Assembly: GCA_009103225.1 (NCBI GenBank)
Contig: RHPI01003020.1
Span: 143,525 to 207,524, forward strand
DNA: 64,000 nucleotides
Origin: Chlorokybus atmophyticus
Lineage: Eukaryota; Plantae; Mesostigma and Chlorokybus algae
Reading direction: 5' to 3'
The translations under genes were made by a program, and so were the position numbers. This document shows, piece by piece, positions 24,715-36,487 of this stretch (position 1 is the stretch's first letter; the number at the start of each line of letters is the position of its first letter). The notes under the pieces are model-generated. The model had not been told where the DNA came from, did no database searches, and saw only the letters and a program-made list of their open reading frames with translations.

Positions 24715-25500
24715 CAGGGATGCGTGCATTAGCAGGCCTGGAGCATGATAAGTGTGCAGCTGTGCCACACATTGCAACTAAGCAAATCATTGCAGCTGTT
24801 TAGTGCATGTCATGTTTAGTGCATGGCATCACTGATGAGCTGATGAGTGTGCAGCTGAGCACCTTGTTGCTGTTGAGCCAAGGCATTGTCTGCTATCGAG
24901 TAGGCCAGAGGCAGACCCTGCAATACAATCGCTGGGTCTAATGATCTTGCGCATGAATATTTGCATACCGGGCCTGCAGCATGGTAAGTGTGCAGCTGTG
25001 CCATACAGTGCAGCTCGTTGCAGATGTCTGTGCACGGCATGAACTGATGAACTAATGAGTGTGCAATGGAGCACCTTGTTGCGGTTGAGCCAACACCAAG
25101 GCATTGTCTGTTGCTGAGTAAACGAGCTGCGGACCCTTCATTCCTGCGCAAAAATGCATGCATTGACGGGCCTGGAGCATGATAAGTGTGCAGCTGTGCC
25201 ACACAGTGCAGATGAGCAGCTTGCAGCTGACACACGGAGTCCAATCCACGCCATGAAAAAACTAACAAGTACTTAATTGAACTGATGAGTGCTCAGGTGA
25301 ATAACCTTGTGCAGCCGTGCAATGCACATTATGAACTTATAAAGTAATGAACCAATGACTGCTGATGTGAGCAGCCTTGTGTGCCGCTGTGCAATGCACG
25401 GCATGAACTGAAAAGTGCGCAGCTGAGCATCCTTTGGCGATGTCACAGCATGAACTGATGAGTGCGCAGTGACCAATGAGAAGCTTGCTGAAGCCGAGCA
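24715..25500. repeat. Degenerate tandem array, about three copies of a ~200-240-bp unit plus sub-repeats
   Basis: GGCCTG(G/C)AGCATG(A/G)TAAGTGTGCAGCTGTGCCA recurs near 24735, 24970 and 25170. GCATGAACTGATGAGTG and CCAAGGCATTGT sub-motifs also recur. Confidence 0.75.
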
Positions 25501-25662
25501 ATGCAGTCTGCATGCATGCACGTGTATGCTTGTATGCATGTGCAATGCCGCAGCTTGATCTCTGCCGTGTACTTGTGATCCGCCTCGCGCACATGCAGTA
25601 AGCCAAGAAGCGATGGTGTCGCTAACCATACGACATCACATCTTTAGAATGACGCGAGCGGT

Positions 25663-25920
25663 GCAATTGTATTGGGGACCGGCTTGGAGCTTGGCAGCAG
25701 GCCCACCCCGCTCATACACCTTGCAGTGCAGCGCTCATCAGTCACCTGGTGGCGCCTGCTGTGCAGACCACTCAGCTGAGCTCGCACACTGCTTTAGGTT
25801 GAAGCAACCAGTGCAGTTGTACCAGTCGCCGGCTTGGAGCTTGTTAGCAGGCCCACCCCGCCTATGCACCTTGCAGTGAAGCGCTTACTAGTTAGCTGGT
25901 GACGCCTGCTGTGCAGACCA
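25663..25920. repeat. Two tandem copies of a ~150-bp unit
   Basis: CGGCTTGGAGCTTG..AGCAGGCCCACCCCGC...CACCTTGCAGTG...CTGGTG.CGCCTGCTGTGCAGACCA occurs at ~25680 and ~25830. Confidence 0.85.
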
Positions 25921-27278
25921 TTTTGCTGGGATAAGCTGTGCAATGCAATGTCAAGCAAGCAGCTTCAAGCTGCTGCAAGTTGCCGCCGCCGCCAGCTGCG
26001 AAGCCGACCACTGAGCAGACCACAGTGGGCGCCAAAACTCAGTAAGCGGTGCATGTGACCATGCGCAGTGTTGACGACCGCTACTGAACATGGGAGCCTT
26101 TGGCCGTGTGCATGAACCCTAAACTTTGTGTGTCGCATTTAGTGAAAGCTAGTGCGATGGAAATCTCTTGGCATGGTCTACGATATGTAACAAGTTGCAT
26201 AGTATTGGTTGTGATGATAAAAAAGTTAGTTGGATAGGGTTGGGGGGTGTTGCGTAACGCATTAAGTAACTTAACACATGTAAAGTGTAGCTTCATATTT
26301 TTGAAATTTGAGTTTGCGGCTTGTGTAAACGTATGTGTGGATTTTTTCTGATTAAGTTTAGTGATGGATGCAATTTAAGTGTGTTCAGCTCCGGTTAGGT
26401 CCGTACTTGATGTGGTACATGTTAACATAATTTGCAAGCAATAACATGCGAATCGAGTTGTAATGACCACAAAACTTTACACGCATACGCATCATCATGC
26501 GTACCAATGCACCTACTCTGCGGACACCAACCATGACGCAATTCAAGTAGTATACCTACGCGTATAAACACCAATGTTGCAAAGCGATGTTAAGCCCTTT
26601 GAGATGCGACATGATACGCGACAATTAGGTAGGCCTAGCTCGCTCGGCTTAGCGTGTCTCGTTGTCTCGTTGTCTCGATGTAGCAAGTCTCAGCGACAAT
26701 GAGCCCATGACATGGTATTGCATGTTTACAATGCGTCCTTGTATACGTACCGTTCGCTAGCCGTAACAGGGAGCGGCATGAGTGACGCCGTGACGGACTG
26801 ACTCACTGTGACGGACTCAGGTGATGTGAGGATTCAAGTGACGTGAGGAACGACGACAAGAGGTAAAGCGAATATTCCGTTTTGCGCAGAGCATATGCCG
26901 CTTCGCAACCCAACAGCTGACCGAGCCGTTCAGACAGACTGAACTTAGCTTTAACCGCCGAGAGAAGCCGCATTGCAACCATGTTCCAAACGCCGTCCGA
27001 TGAGCTCGCAACCTGTCTGTTTAAAGTGATGAACCCGTTGGCCAAGCCGATAGCCAAAGCTCCTATGGTTCGTACTTGACTGCGGTGAAGTAAATGTATG
27101 CATTACATTGCTGGACGTCAGGTTAGTGCAGCGGAATAGTTGGCGTTTAGCCGGCGCAGTTAACCGGTGTGCCTAGGGTGGGCGGGGAGGTGAGCGGGAG
27201 CGGCGGCGGCGCGGTTGGGGGGGTTGGTGTGGGCGGCGCGCGGGTTTGGGATTGGGCTGTCGTACGGCTAAGCGGCGC

Positions 27279-30166
27279 ATGCTCCTATGTGCAAGCGGGA
27301 GGAAGCAGGCATGCTGTGACGGCGATGTCGGTGAGGAGGTGGGCGGCGACCACAGTGTCATGCCCAACAATTGCTTGGAGGGCGAGCGAGCCAGCACGGC
27401 AGCAGTCCGCAAGCACGCAACGGCGACTGTTGACGAGGAGGAGGAGAACGGGGTGAAGGTGGGTAGCTGTCCTTCGGTAGGTATCAGTAATAAGCGTGAG
27501 AGGGAGTCGGGAGGCGGCGAGTCGCTCGACGACCTTATCGCAAACACCGAGTGGCGCACTTGGGGAGAGTTCGCACCGGAGGATGAAGCCATTACTACTG
27601 TGTGGACTGACCTCCTGAGCGTGGACGAACCTGTCATGCAGCACAACCACGGGCAGCTTGGCTCGCCCGGCACCAGCACCAACTGGCCTGATACTCGGGT
27701 GCGTTTGGCTGGATTCTTTGCGCGTTTATGCAGGCCACTCTGGTCACGATTGGGTTCGCAGCGTATCCTATGATCGCCTCGCAGTGTGACCTAGTGTCCG
27801 GTGCTTGGTATGTTGCGTGCGTTGGTGCTCTTGTCACCACGAATGGAGAGCTATCTTAGTCCAAATGCGTCCCTCATGTACATTGCTTGCACACATAGCC
27901 CACTGCATTGTGCTAGTCCTATATGCCAAGCATATCTGCAGTAGCAGAGCGGATCGCTTGTGCCTTCAATATCAGTAGCACTAAAGCTGTTGTGCTGCAT
28001 TGTTGCTCCATATCTGCACAGCTTACCCGGCAATCGATTGACCAAAAGCCTTGTTTGGGGTGCATTGCCAGATAGATCTCACACGCGGTCATCACTTAAG
28101 CCCTAAGCAGCAGGTATTACCGGCTTGTTTGACCCGATGCCGGGTGCAGGTGGACAGCTTGTTTCTAAGTCGGCAATATGGCGCATCTCCCAGCCATGGG
28201 TCAGTGCTCGGCGGCCCCGGAGGCCTTGGTGCTATGGGGGGTGTGGCGCTGCCAAATGGGGTCAGTCGGCCACAGCCACCAGCTGCCGGAACGCTTGGAG
28301 CAAGCGCCGCCCAGGCCACGGCAGCTACAAAGCAGCGTCTACGATGGACGCCGGAGCTCCACGAGCGCTTCGTCAGTGCGGTGCAGAACCTTGGCGGTGC
28401 TGATCGTAAGTTCCCGTGCTTGCTTGCGGTGGTTTGGTGGTTGGTCTGTTCTGGCTGGTGGAGGATTGGAGGATGGCAAAGTGACTGGGATGGGTTGGGA
28501 AGGTTGGAAGCATTAGGCTGCATGACACAAAACAGGTTATCAGTGTGGGGGAGCAATAGGCATTGATGACAGGGCATTGCGTGCAACTCTGGTGCAACTA
28601 CAGTCGAGTCATGCCTTGTGATTTTCTGGTTCTGGCAGGTGCCACACCCAAGGGTGTCTTGAGAGTGATGGGAGTGCAAGGCCTGACGATCTATCACGTC
28701 AAGAGCCACTTGCAGAAATACCGCATGGCCAAATACCTGCCAGAGAAACAGGCGGGAGTGGCCACTTCAAGTGGAGGCGCTGCTGATGTCACTGAAGAAA
28801 GGAGCAATCGGCCAGCACGCTCCAGATGTAAGTTCAGCCATAACCTACCAAGTGCGCATTGTAGTGCGCAGGGCATGGGTTGGTGCCAGGACACGGGTGG
28901 GACTGTTACTACAATACAATGTGGTTAGGTTGCCTGGCTGAACCTGCTGTATATGACTCTGTCCCGTGCAGCCATGAAATCATTGGTCGAAGAGGGCGAA
29001 TCATCAGCGCCTTCCCAAATACCCAAATCTGCAGTGCGCGCACCTAGTAAGCCATTGCCTCATTGCATTAACCACAGCTGCTGCCTGGCACCTTGACTGC
29101 TTGCAGTCAACAAATGGGTGTTGTGGCAGGGCCTGCAAACAGAGCCGCTGAAGCCGTCAATACGACAGAAGCGCAGGTTGTTGTGCGGCCGTTGCCAGAG
29201 GCTGTAGCCCCTGCAGCATCAAGCCATGCCGCGGCGCTGTTACCTCCCGCTGCTTCTCTGGACATCTCACAGCTAGACCCTGCAGACATGCAGTTCGCCA
29301 TGCCCGAGCAGTAAGTTCTTGTGTCATGCATATCAGCTGTGCCGTACATGCACAAGCAGCATGCTTTTCATGCAGCGTGAGTCTTGTCCACCCCTATTGC
29401 AGAACAGGTTCAGGTCTCCACTGCAGGCCAGCCTGCAGCACCCAACTTACCTTTTATCTTGTTGCAGCTTGCGTACGGGTGCTGGTCAGAATGCAGGAAT
29501 AGAGGAGGCACTGCGCATGCAGATGGAAGTGCAGAAACGTCTGCACGAGCAGTTAGAGGTGAGTCATATGCGAGATGAGCTCAAGCTGTGTAGTGGTTGC
29601 AGTCGCGGGATGAGGTTTCTGCTTTCTTGTTGAGTGGCCATTGTTTCAAACAGGTGCAACGACAAATCCAGCTTCGCATTGAGGCTCAAGGCAAGTACCT
29701 GCAGCGAATCATTGAGGAGCAACGACGTGCTGGGCAGCAAGCTGCTGCAAGCCAGGCTCAGCAGTCACATCAGCAGCACTCACCGCACCACTCGGGGCAA
29801 TCCATGCCTTCAAATAGTAATAGTGAGCAGATGCTTCACGAGCATGCAACCGCAGCCGCTGCACTCCAAACAGATGAGGAAGCCAAGCAGCTGGAGGGGT
29901 TGCTTGCGGGCGAGCAAGGAAACCTCGCGCAGTTTGAGTCATTTCTGGGGCGCACAGCGCAGAGCGGCCCAGGCCTCTTCGCCACCATGCTACAAGACCA
30001 AGGAGATATACTTCAGGGGCATTCGCAGCTCAGTCAACCAACTGTAGGGTCACCGCTGCAGTCCAATACGCTTGACAACCGCCCGAACAGCTCCGAGCTT
30101 GACGCTTCAGGCTTGGCAAGCACATGGATGTGGAATTCCGGACAGCAACCAACTCATGATTCGTGA
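27279..30166 (+). CDS. PHL: MYB-CC (PHR1/PHL/PSR1-type) GARP transcription factor
   Basis: KQRLRWTPELHERFVSAVQNLGGAD|RATPKGVLRVMGVQGLTIYHVKSHLQKYRMAKYLPE (SHLQKYR Myb domain) and IEEALRMQMEVQKRLHEQLE|VQRQIQLRIEAQGKYLQRIIEEQ (LHEQLE coiled coil). First exon 27279-~27699. Confidence 0.93.
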
Positions 30167-31545
30167 CCCACAGTGTGCAGTTGAGTGAACAGGCAAAATT
30201 TGACTGTCTCTTTTCTGGATGCAACATGATGCGGCATCATGCAGGCGCCGTTGCGAATAGATGTATTGCTGTCACATTGCTTTGTGATTGCACTAGAAGC
30301 GGCGGAGTCGCCATTGAGTGCGTAGCTGGCCGTTGTAGCCACCTCAACTGCAAAAGCAGTTAGGGCCCAAGAAGCCCAGATCTGATGTACATCGAGTTCA
30401 TGTCTAACAATGTGGTGCGATGCTGTTGTTGAGCTAGCTGCTTAATCCAGTTGCACTTGCCACAGGTCCTCTTGTCTTCATTATTGTCACAGAATTGAGC
30501 AGCACTGCCTTGCTCAAAGCAGTGTGCAACAGATGCAAGAGGCAATCAGTACAAGCAAACCTATGTGCGTATGCGGTGCCACAAACACAACAACCACTCA
30601 CCAACTAGACCACTGGCTGAGGCATGCGCTCGCATGCTATCTATCAGCTACCACTGTATTCATTGCTTTGGCAGATGGCTTTACCTTGGTAGCAGGCAAT
30701 CATGGGCTTGTCAGTAAGCCACCCCTTAGCCAAACTGCTGCATGAAGATCATGAGAGTATCATAACAATGATACGGTTGAGACTTAGGTGAGTGTGGTCG
30801 TAGTTGAGTGTCGTGTCCATGCATAGGGTATGAGTCATATTGCATGTGTCGCGCTTGTTGCATACATCACTTGCATATCTTGTACACATATAAAGCAATA
30901 GGGTGCAAGCAAGCTATGCTCACAGGCCACACACTCAGCATTCAAACAAAGCATTGTATCAAGTCACAGATTTGGGGGGGCTGAGACCAGCGCTAGGACT
31001 TAGGTACGCAATGCAGCAGCAGCAGCAGGCAGGGGAGGGTGCAAGGGATAGAGCAAGGGGTCACCACCTGCACAGCAGGCGCACATATGTACAAAAGTAT
31101 GACCATGAAAGAGCAGTACCTGTATCACTGCTTGTTGGATTTACCAGACAGCATCAGGGTGTACAAAATGTTCTCTTGCACCGATGCAGTGTGTACAGTA
31201 AATGCGTGATACAAGTATTCTTGCTGCATTGGGTCCTACCAAGTCAGTCTGCAATTATGGAGTACGCGGGTCACTCAATATGTCCACCATGCTTGCACAA
31301 ACTCACCAGCTTTCATGATGTACAAGTACAAGATTGCAGGCGACCTGTATAAGCGGTGTCATGAGCATGTTTCACCAACATGTACTCATCCTCTGTGCTG
31401 TATGCAAAGAACTGACATGTTGATGATAAGGTAACAATTCAGTCTTTACACAGTTGCACAGTCCAGTAACTCTTGTGGAAGCGCCTTGTAATCGCAGGGC
31501 ACTGCACATGAGTTTTGAAACAGCTGGATGGTCAGACACACCACA

Positions 31546-33233
31546 TCATGGCACAGGCAACCTGTACGGTGACCCCAAAGGTGGTGCAAGTCCCAGCAAC
31601 CTCATGATGCGAACTTTCCTCGAGGCAGGCCTTGCATCTCGTACTTGAGCAACATCCTTGCCTGCTCTGCTCACTTTGGCTTGCCTTTGCCTTTTGGTGG
31701 CGTCACCAGCATTGGTCTGAGCTGGTGGCTTCCTTTTCCTGGACGCCTGAGTGGAAATGAACGGCCACAGCAATCAGCAATGTGCATGTTGGCATAAACA
31801 ACCCCAAGTGAACACCCAACCCAAGCCTGGGCATACCGGTGTTGCGGCAGGAGTGGCTTGTGTGTCTTTCGGTGAAGGGTTTCGCCCCTTGCTTGCTGTG
31901 CCGGCGGCAGCAACACCAAAAGCTTGTTTGCGCGCTTCATCTTTTCTCCTCTCATCCTCCTGTTGTGCAAGCAGTGTCTCCGGTCTCATCGGCTCCGGTA
32001 ACCGGCTTGTTGTTCTAAACTCCATCGCCTGCGAACACCAGCAGCATTCAGATAGAAGTCTTTTGCAGGTTTCTTACTGCTGTTTATGCACTGTCAGCAA
32101 CACAGCCTAACCTGGTCCACAGCACGCGTGAAACTCTGCTTCTTGGTCTTTGTACTTCGAGCCTGAAAGTCCTAAAACACACGAGTTCGAGTAAAAGGCA
32201 AGTCCTGAAAAGGTATGCTCAGCAGAGCCTTACCGTTTCCAGACTGGAGATGAACTTGGAAGCTGAGATCCAAGCGCTGCATGAGAAGACCCAGGTATGC
32301 ATAATAAGCGGGAAAGGCATACGCAAAGCGAATAAGCATAAAACTCAGCGCATGCCACACCACAAGGACAGGCCTAGGCGTTCAGCTTCTCACAAGTCAA
32401 ATGTGCCAAAGAACTGGACGAGCACCGCCCCCATTGACGCATTGGCCGGTCGACTGCGCCCAAGCTCGCCTTCTGCCAACTCTTGAGACTTGATCTGCAA
32501 CGCATCGAGTGCTTGACAATTTCCAACTGCGCTCAAACTTTGAACTGTGAACCATCTCCTTCAACACATGGTACACACACCTGCGCAGGCCACCTGCATG
32601 AACACGCAAGAACTGTTCAGTATCCCTCGAAGTAAACAACAGGTGGTGTAGACATGCGTGCATGCATGTCTACACCACCTGTTGCACACGCACACACACG
32701 CGCTCTAGCGCACGAACGCATGCTTGCACTCACACAGTGTTACCAGCAAAAAGGAGGCAGCTTTGCCCAGATGACGTCGTCTTCGTGAAACCCTGCCGCG
32801 ACAGACTCAGGTGGCATAGCCCTGTGGCTGTCTTGCGCAGCCTTTCTCTCAGAGTGCGAAGCCCCGTATTCATCCGATTTAGCTGCAAGCATCAAGGCCA
32901 AAGGTCACAACCAGACAACTTACAAGGACAAGCAAACAGGAAGAAGATTTCGGCGTACTAGCTATTGCGTTGGATTGCCATGTTGTCACATACGACAAGT
33001 CACACACGACTAGCTTGCCTGCTTAAGCTGCAATAGACGGTACTGTCCCATGCAAAGCAACAAACTCAGAGTGAACATGCACATGCATGCGATGTTTCTG
33101 CAGGTGGGCAAGGTGAGCCGCATGCAGCTAAGCATTCGAGGTTCACAATCAACACTGTACAATACTAGAATCACCATCGGCAAACCGACACACCTGACGT
33201 GCTAGGCCCGGCGCCGTTCTGTGCCATCATCAT
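31546..33233 (-). CDS. PWWP-domain chromatin-reader protein
   Basis: Spliced product MMMAQNGAGPSTS|AKSDE...FHEDDVIWAKLPPFC|WWPAQ|IKSQ...VLVQFFGTFD|FAWISASKF...|...KKQSFTRAVDQ|AMEF...|...RKVRIMRLLGLAPPLGSPYRLPVP*. Canonical PWWP fold motifs; includes a 13-nt micro-exon. Confidence 0.88.
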
Positions 33234-33654
33234 CAGCCGCGCTTCCGCCGCCGCAGCGGCGGCAGCTAGCCCGTCCAGCGCTACCGCTTCGCCTCACCCC
33301 AGCGCACTCAGTGCCAACAACACACAGTCTTGGGGCTAGGCCTCAGCAACCCCACCTAGCAAACCGCCTGCCAAACCCAGCCACAATCCCAACCACAATC
33401 CAAGGCAACCCCACCTCCACCTCCACGTCCACGTCCACCTCCGCCTACCCCGCCGCCGCCAATGCTAAGCTAACAAATTGTCAGTGCCAATGCACAGCAT
33501 ACTGCCTTCCACACAGCCAACACGAGCGCTGCTGATATCCGTCTTTGAAATCCACGCCGCTACCTCGATATCACTCACGTTTCAGCACGGCATATGCTCT
33601 CAGAACGTATCATTGGCTGCTGACATCAGCGTGATTCTGTCAATGATCAGGCAG

Positions 33655-33663
33655 TTAGGGTTT
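33655..33663 (-). promoter_or_regulatory. Telo-box (AAACCCTAA) in the divergent promoter region
   Basis: TTAGGGTTT at 33655-33663, between the PWWP start and the next + strand transcript. Confidence 0.55.
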
Positions 33664-34046
33664 GGCGGAAGAGCTATCGTAGTGCCTGGCGGCGACGGTG
33701 GCGGCGGCCGAGGCGGTGCCCGTGGCGGCGTAGGCGAGGTCAGCGCGGAGGTTTGTAGTCTTGCGGTTTGTGGTGTAGGGTGATGCCTTGTGTTTGCTGT
33801 GTGTGCACGAGAGGTTTGCGGCGGTGTGTGTGGTGGTGGGTGGTGGATGGTGGTCGGAGCTGCCTAGCATTGCGTGGTTGCAGCTGGGTGCTTATGGCAG
33901 ACACTTGCATGTGGCTGGTTGGAGTGGTGTATGCTCTGTCTCCACTCGTTTGGCAAGTAGACTACAGCACATTGCACATCAAGAATGTCGTTCTGTGTCT
34001 GTCAAGGTGTTGACAGAGGGTGGATTGTGTATTTTCGTGTTTGCAG

Positions 34047-35363
34047 GAAGGCAGGCACAAGGAGTGTTTCCATACACAACCGTTGCACTCAATGCGACGG
34101 CACGCATTAACGCCTGCAACATTACCCAGAGAAGAGCTGTTGATGTGCGGTTATTGCTGCCTTGTCAACCGGGATCGGGAAGCTCAGCTGGGGCATTCAC
34201 GGTGTCGCTGTTGTGGGATCTCTTGCGGTGGTTTGCGTCGCTGTACGCCACCACCTACGGCGAAGACAACCACTGGCCTGCCGAGCACAGCGGCAAGATG
34301 AGTATTGTCAGTTTGCGCACCTTCCGGTGCGCGCACAGCCACCCGCTGGCAGCGTGTGCACCCTCCACATCATCCCTTGCGGCAGCTCCGTCCACTCGTC
34401 GGTATGCAAAACACACATGCTCGTTCATCACTGCTTGCATTGTTGGCTATGGTAGAATGCTTGCGCGTACATGGTCAGAGCAAGAGGAGTCTTCTGGACC
34501 GGTCCAGTGCAAGCTTATCCAGCACTTGATGCTTGTGCATTATGCAGGGACAGACGGCTCACCGAGTCAGCCGACAGTGCTGCCTCTTCATCAGGGCACC
34601 GTAGTGATGCTCCAGCGGCAGACCCAGAGCCCGGCGTGGACACGGTAACTAAAGAGCGAGTAGATGCGCACAGCCCGCTGTCCCGTGCACTCAGTGACCG
34701 ATACCCGCGTTCTCAGGTGAGAACGATACAGCATCCGATCCACTAGCTTGCCCATGCCCACAGCCGCTTCAGGAATGGAAACAGGCACTCGTCACATCGG
34801 TTGCGAACTGCATGAGGGGTAAACATTGCACATTCCACTGCAGGAGTTGAATGTAAACATCTCACCATTGTATCGGATGGCCCTGGGTTCTGGGTTGCCC
34901 CTTCCCTCTCCAAAGCTCAGGCGACGCTCCCTTCTTGCCTTTGCATCGGGACCGTCAAACCCTGACGCCAATAAGATGCAAGTACTCATTGTGCAAATGG
35001 GTGTTGGCTACGACCAGCACGGGTGGGTATTAGTGGTGGATTGTCAGCATGTGTGTCTCGGTTATGCTTGACAGTTGGTAGTTTGCAGACAAGACATAAC
35101 TTCAGCTGCATGCAAAGCTGTGCGGGATGCTATACGCTCCAACTCAATCCCAGCATTCAGAAACGGTAGCCAAACAGCTATTTGTCAGCTCTGACATTTC
35201 CTACCATGGCTGTGCACACGGAACAGCATTGACGTCAGTGCTGTTTTCAGGGGCGCTGCCTGGCTTAACAAGTGCGAACATGCGGCTTCGAGTGAAGCTT
35301 GGTGTGCCCAGAGTGGCCGCTGCGAGGCTGGACCTCGAGCAAGTAAAAGCTGTCTTCCCATAG
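34047..35363 (+). CDS. Probable multi-exon gene of unknown function; start unresolved
   Basis: In-phase exon chain ...VAVVGSLAVVCVAVRHHLRR...QDE|DRRLTESADS...RYPRSQ|ELNVNISPLYRMALGSG...NKMQ|...KAVFP* with GT-AG junctions. No in-frame ATG was identified and no family was recognised. Confidence 0.35.
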
Positions 35364-36487
35364 TAAGTTACTGCGTGAATTGCGGATGTCGGCGTTTGTC
35401 GTGCACAGCTCTCTGATTATGTCTTGTCTTCTGTGCAGCGGGGAAGTTGTATCAATAGAAGTTGTAGATGGCGGGCTTGTATGCAACAGTGGTTGCGTTA
35501 TACAAGAAATGGGTGACACCAATGAAGATTGCTATGTAGTGAATGCGGCAGTCGAAGTTGGCTATGTGCGCTGACTCATGCCGTGTTCAGCGCAATTGTA
35601 CATATTCCTTGCTATGCAATAGCCTTGTGTTGCGCGGCTGCTATTACTAGTGCTAAAGAGGGAGATGTAGCTCCTGCAACAGTGATGCCTTCCATTGTCA
35701 CAACATTGCATCTGCTGATGTTGATTCACAATCTCAGAATAAGAGTTGCTCATGTTGAGAGTACACTATGTGACCTGTTTATCCTTACTGTACACATACA
35801 TCTCTCGTACCGTATGAACTACATAATACTTATGGCCGGGATGCGCGCACAAATGGATAGGTACCGATATCGCGAACCCTCATGCTCGATGCATGCTTTC
35901 GATAGGCGCAAGTTAGATCCCTAGCCTAATCTGAATGCGTCATGATACAACTCAAATTGTTTGGCAAAAAGTGACGTAGCAGAAGTAGGGTAAGAAAAGC
36001 GAAAACTGTCAACTTACCACCTGTTGCAGTGACGTACGGCACAACTTTTGGCGCTTTGTCCGATACATTATAGTTTGCAATACCGGTAGTTGTGACGGTC
36101 GAGGTTGCTCGAACAGATATCTATAACCATCTCAATCGGGCGTCTCACCCATAATTTAAATGACATGAAGCGGCACGGACACAATGTGAGACAGAGGCAT
36201 TATGTGACACACAAAATGCCGCTGCCAGCTGTCATTGATACAGAGAAAACCGCACGGGTTAAATGCATTCTTATTCGTGACGACGACGTGCACCGGTAGC
36301 CTACCCAGTGGTAGGCCTACAATTGTTTATTTCGAGGGGGGAGCGCAGCGGAAAGGCCAAAACCAAGGCGAAAAGGGACTCTGCTTTGCCATGACTGTCA
36401 TGCCCTCAGTGTATCATACCGTATGACAGACACTGTTGAACGCCACTGGCAGGCGCATTAGGGTTTGGGACGGCAGAGGCGGGCGGC

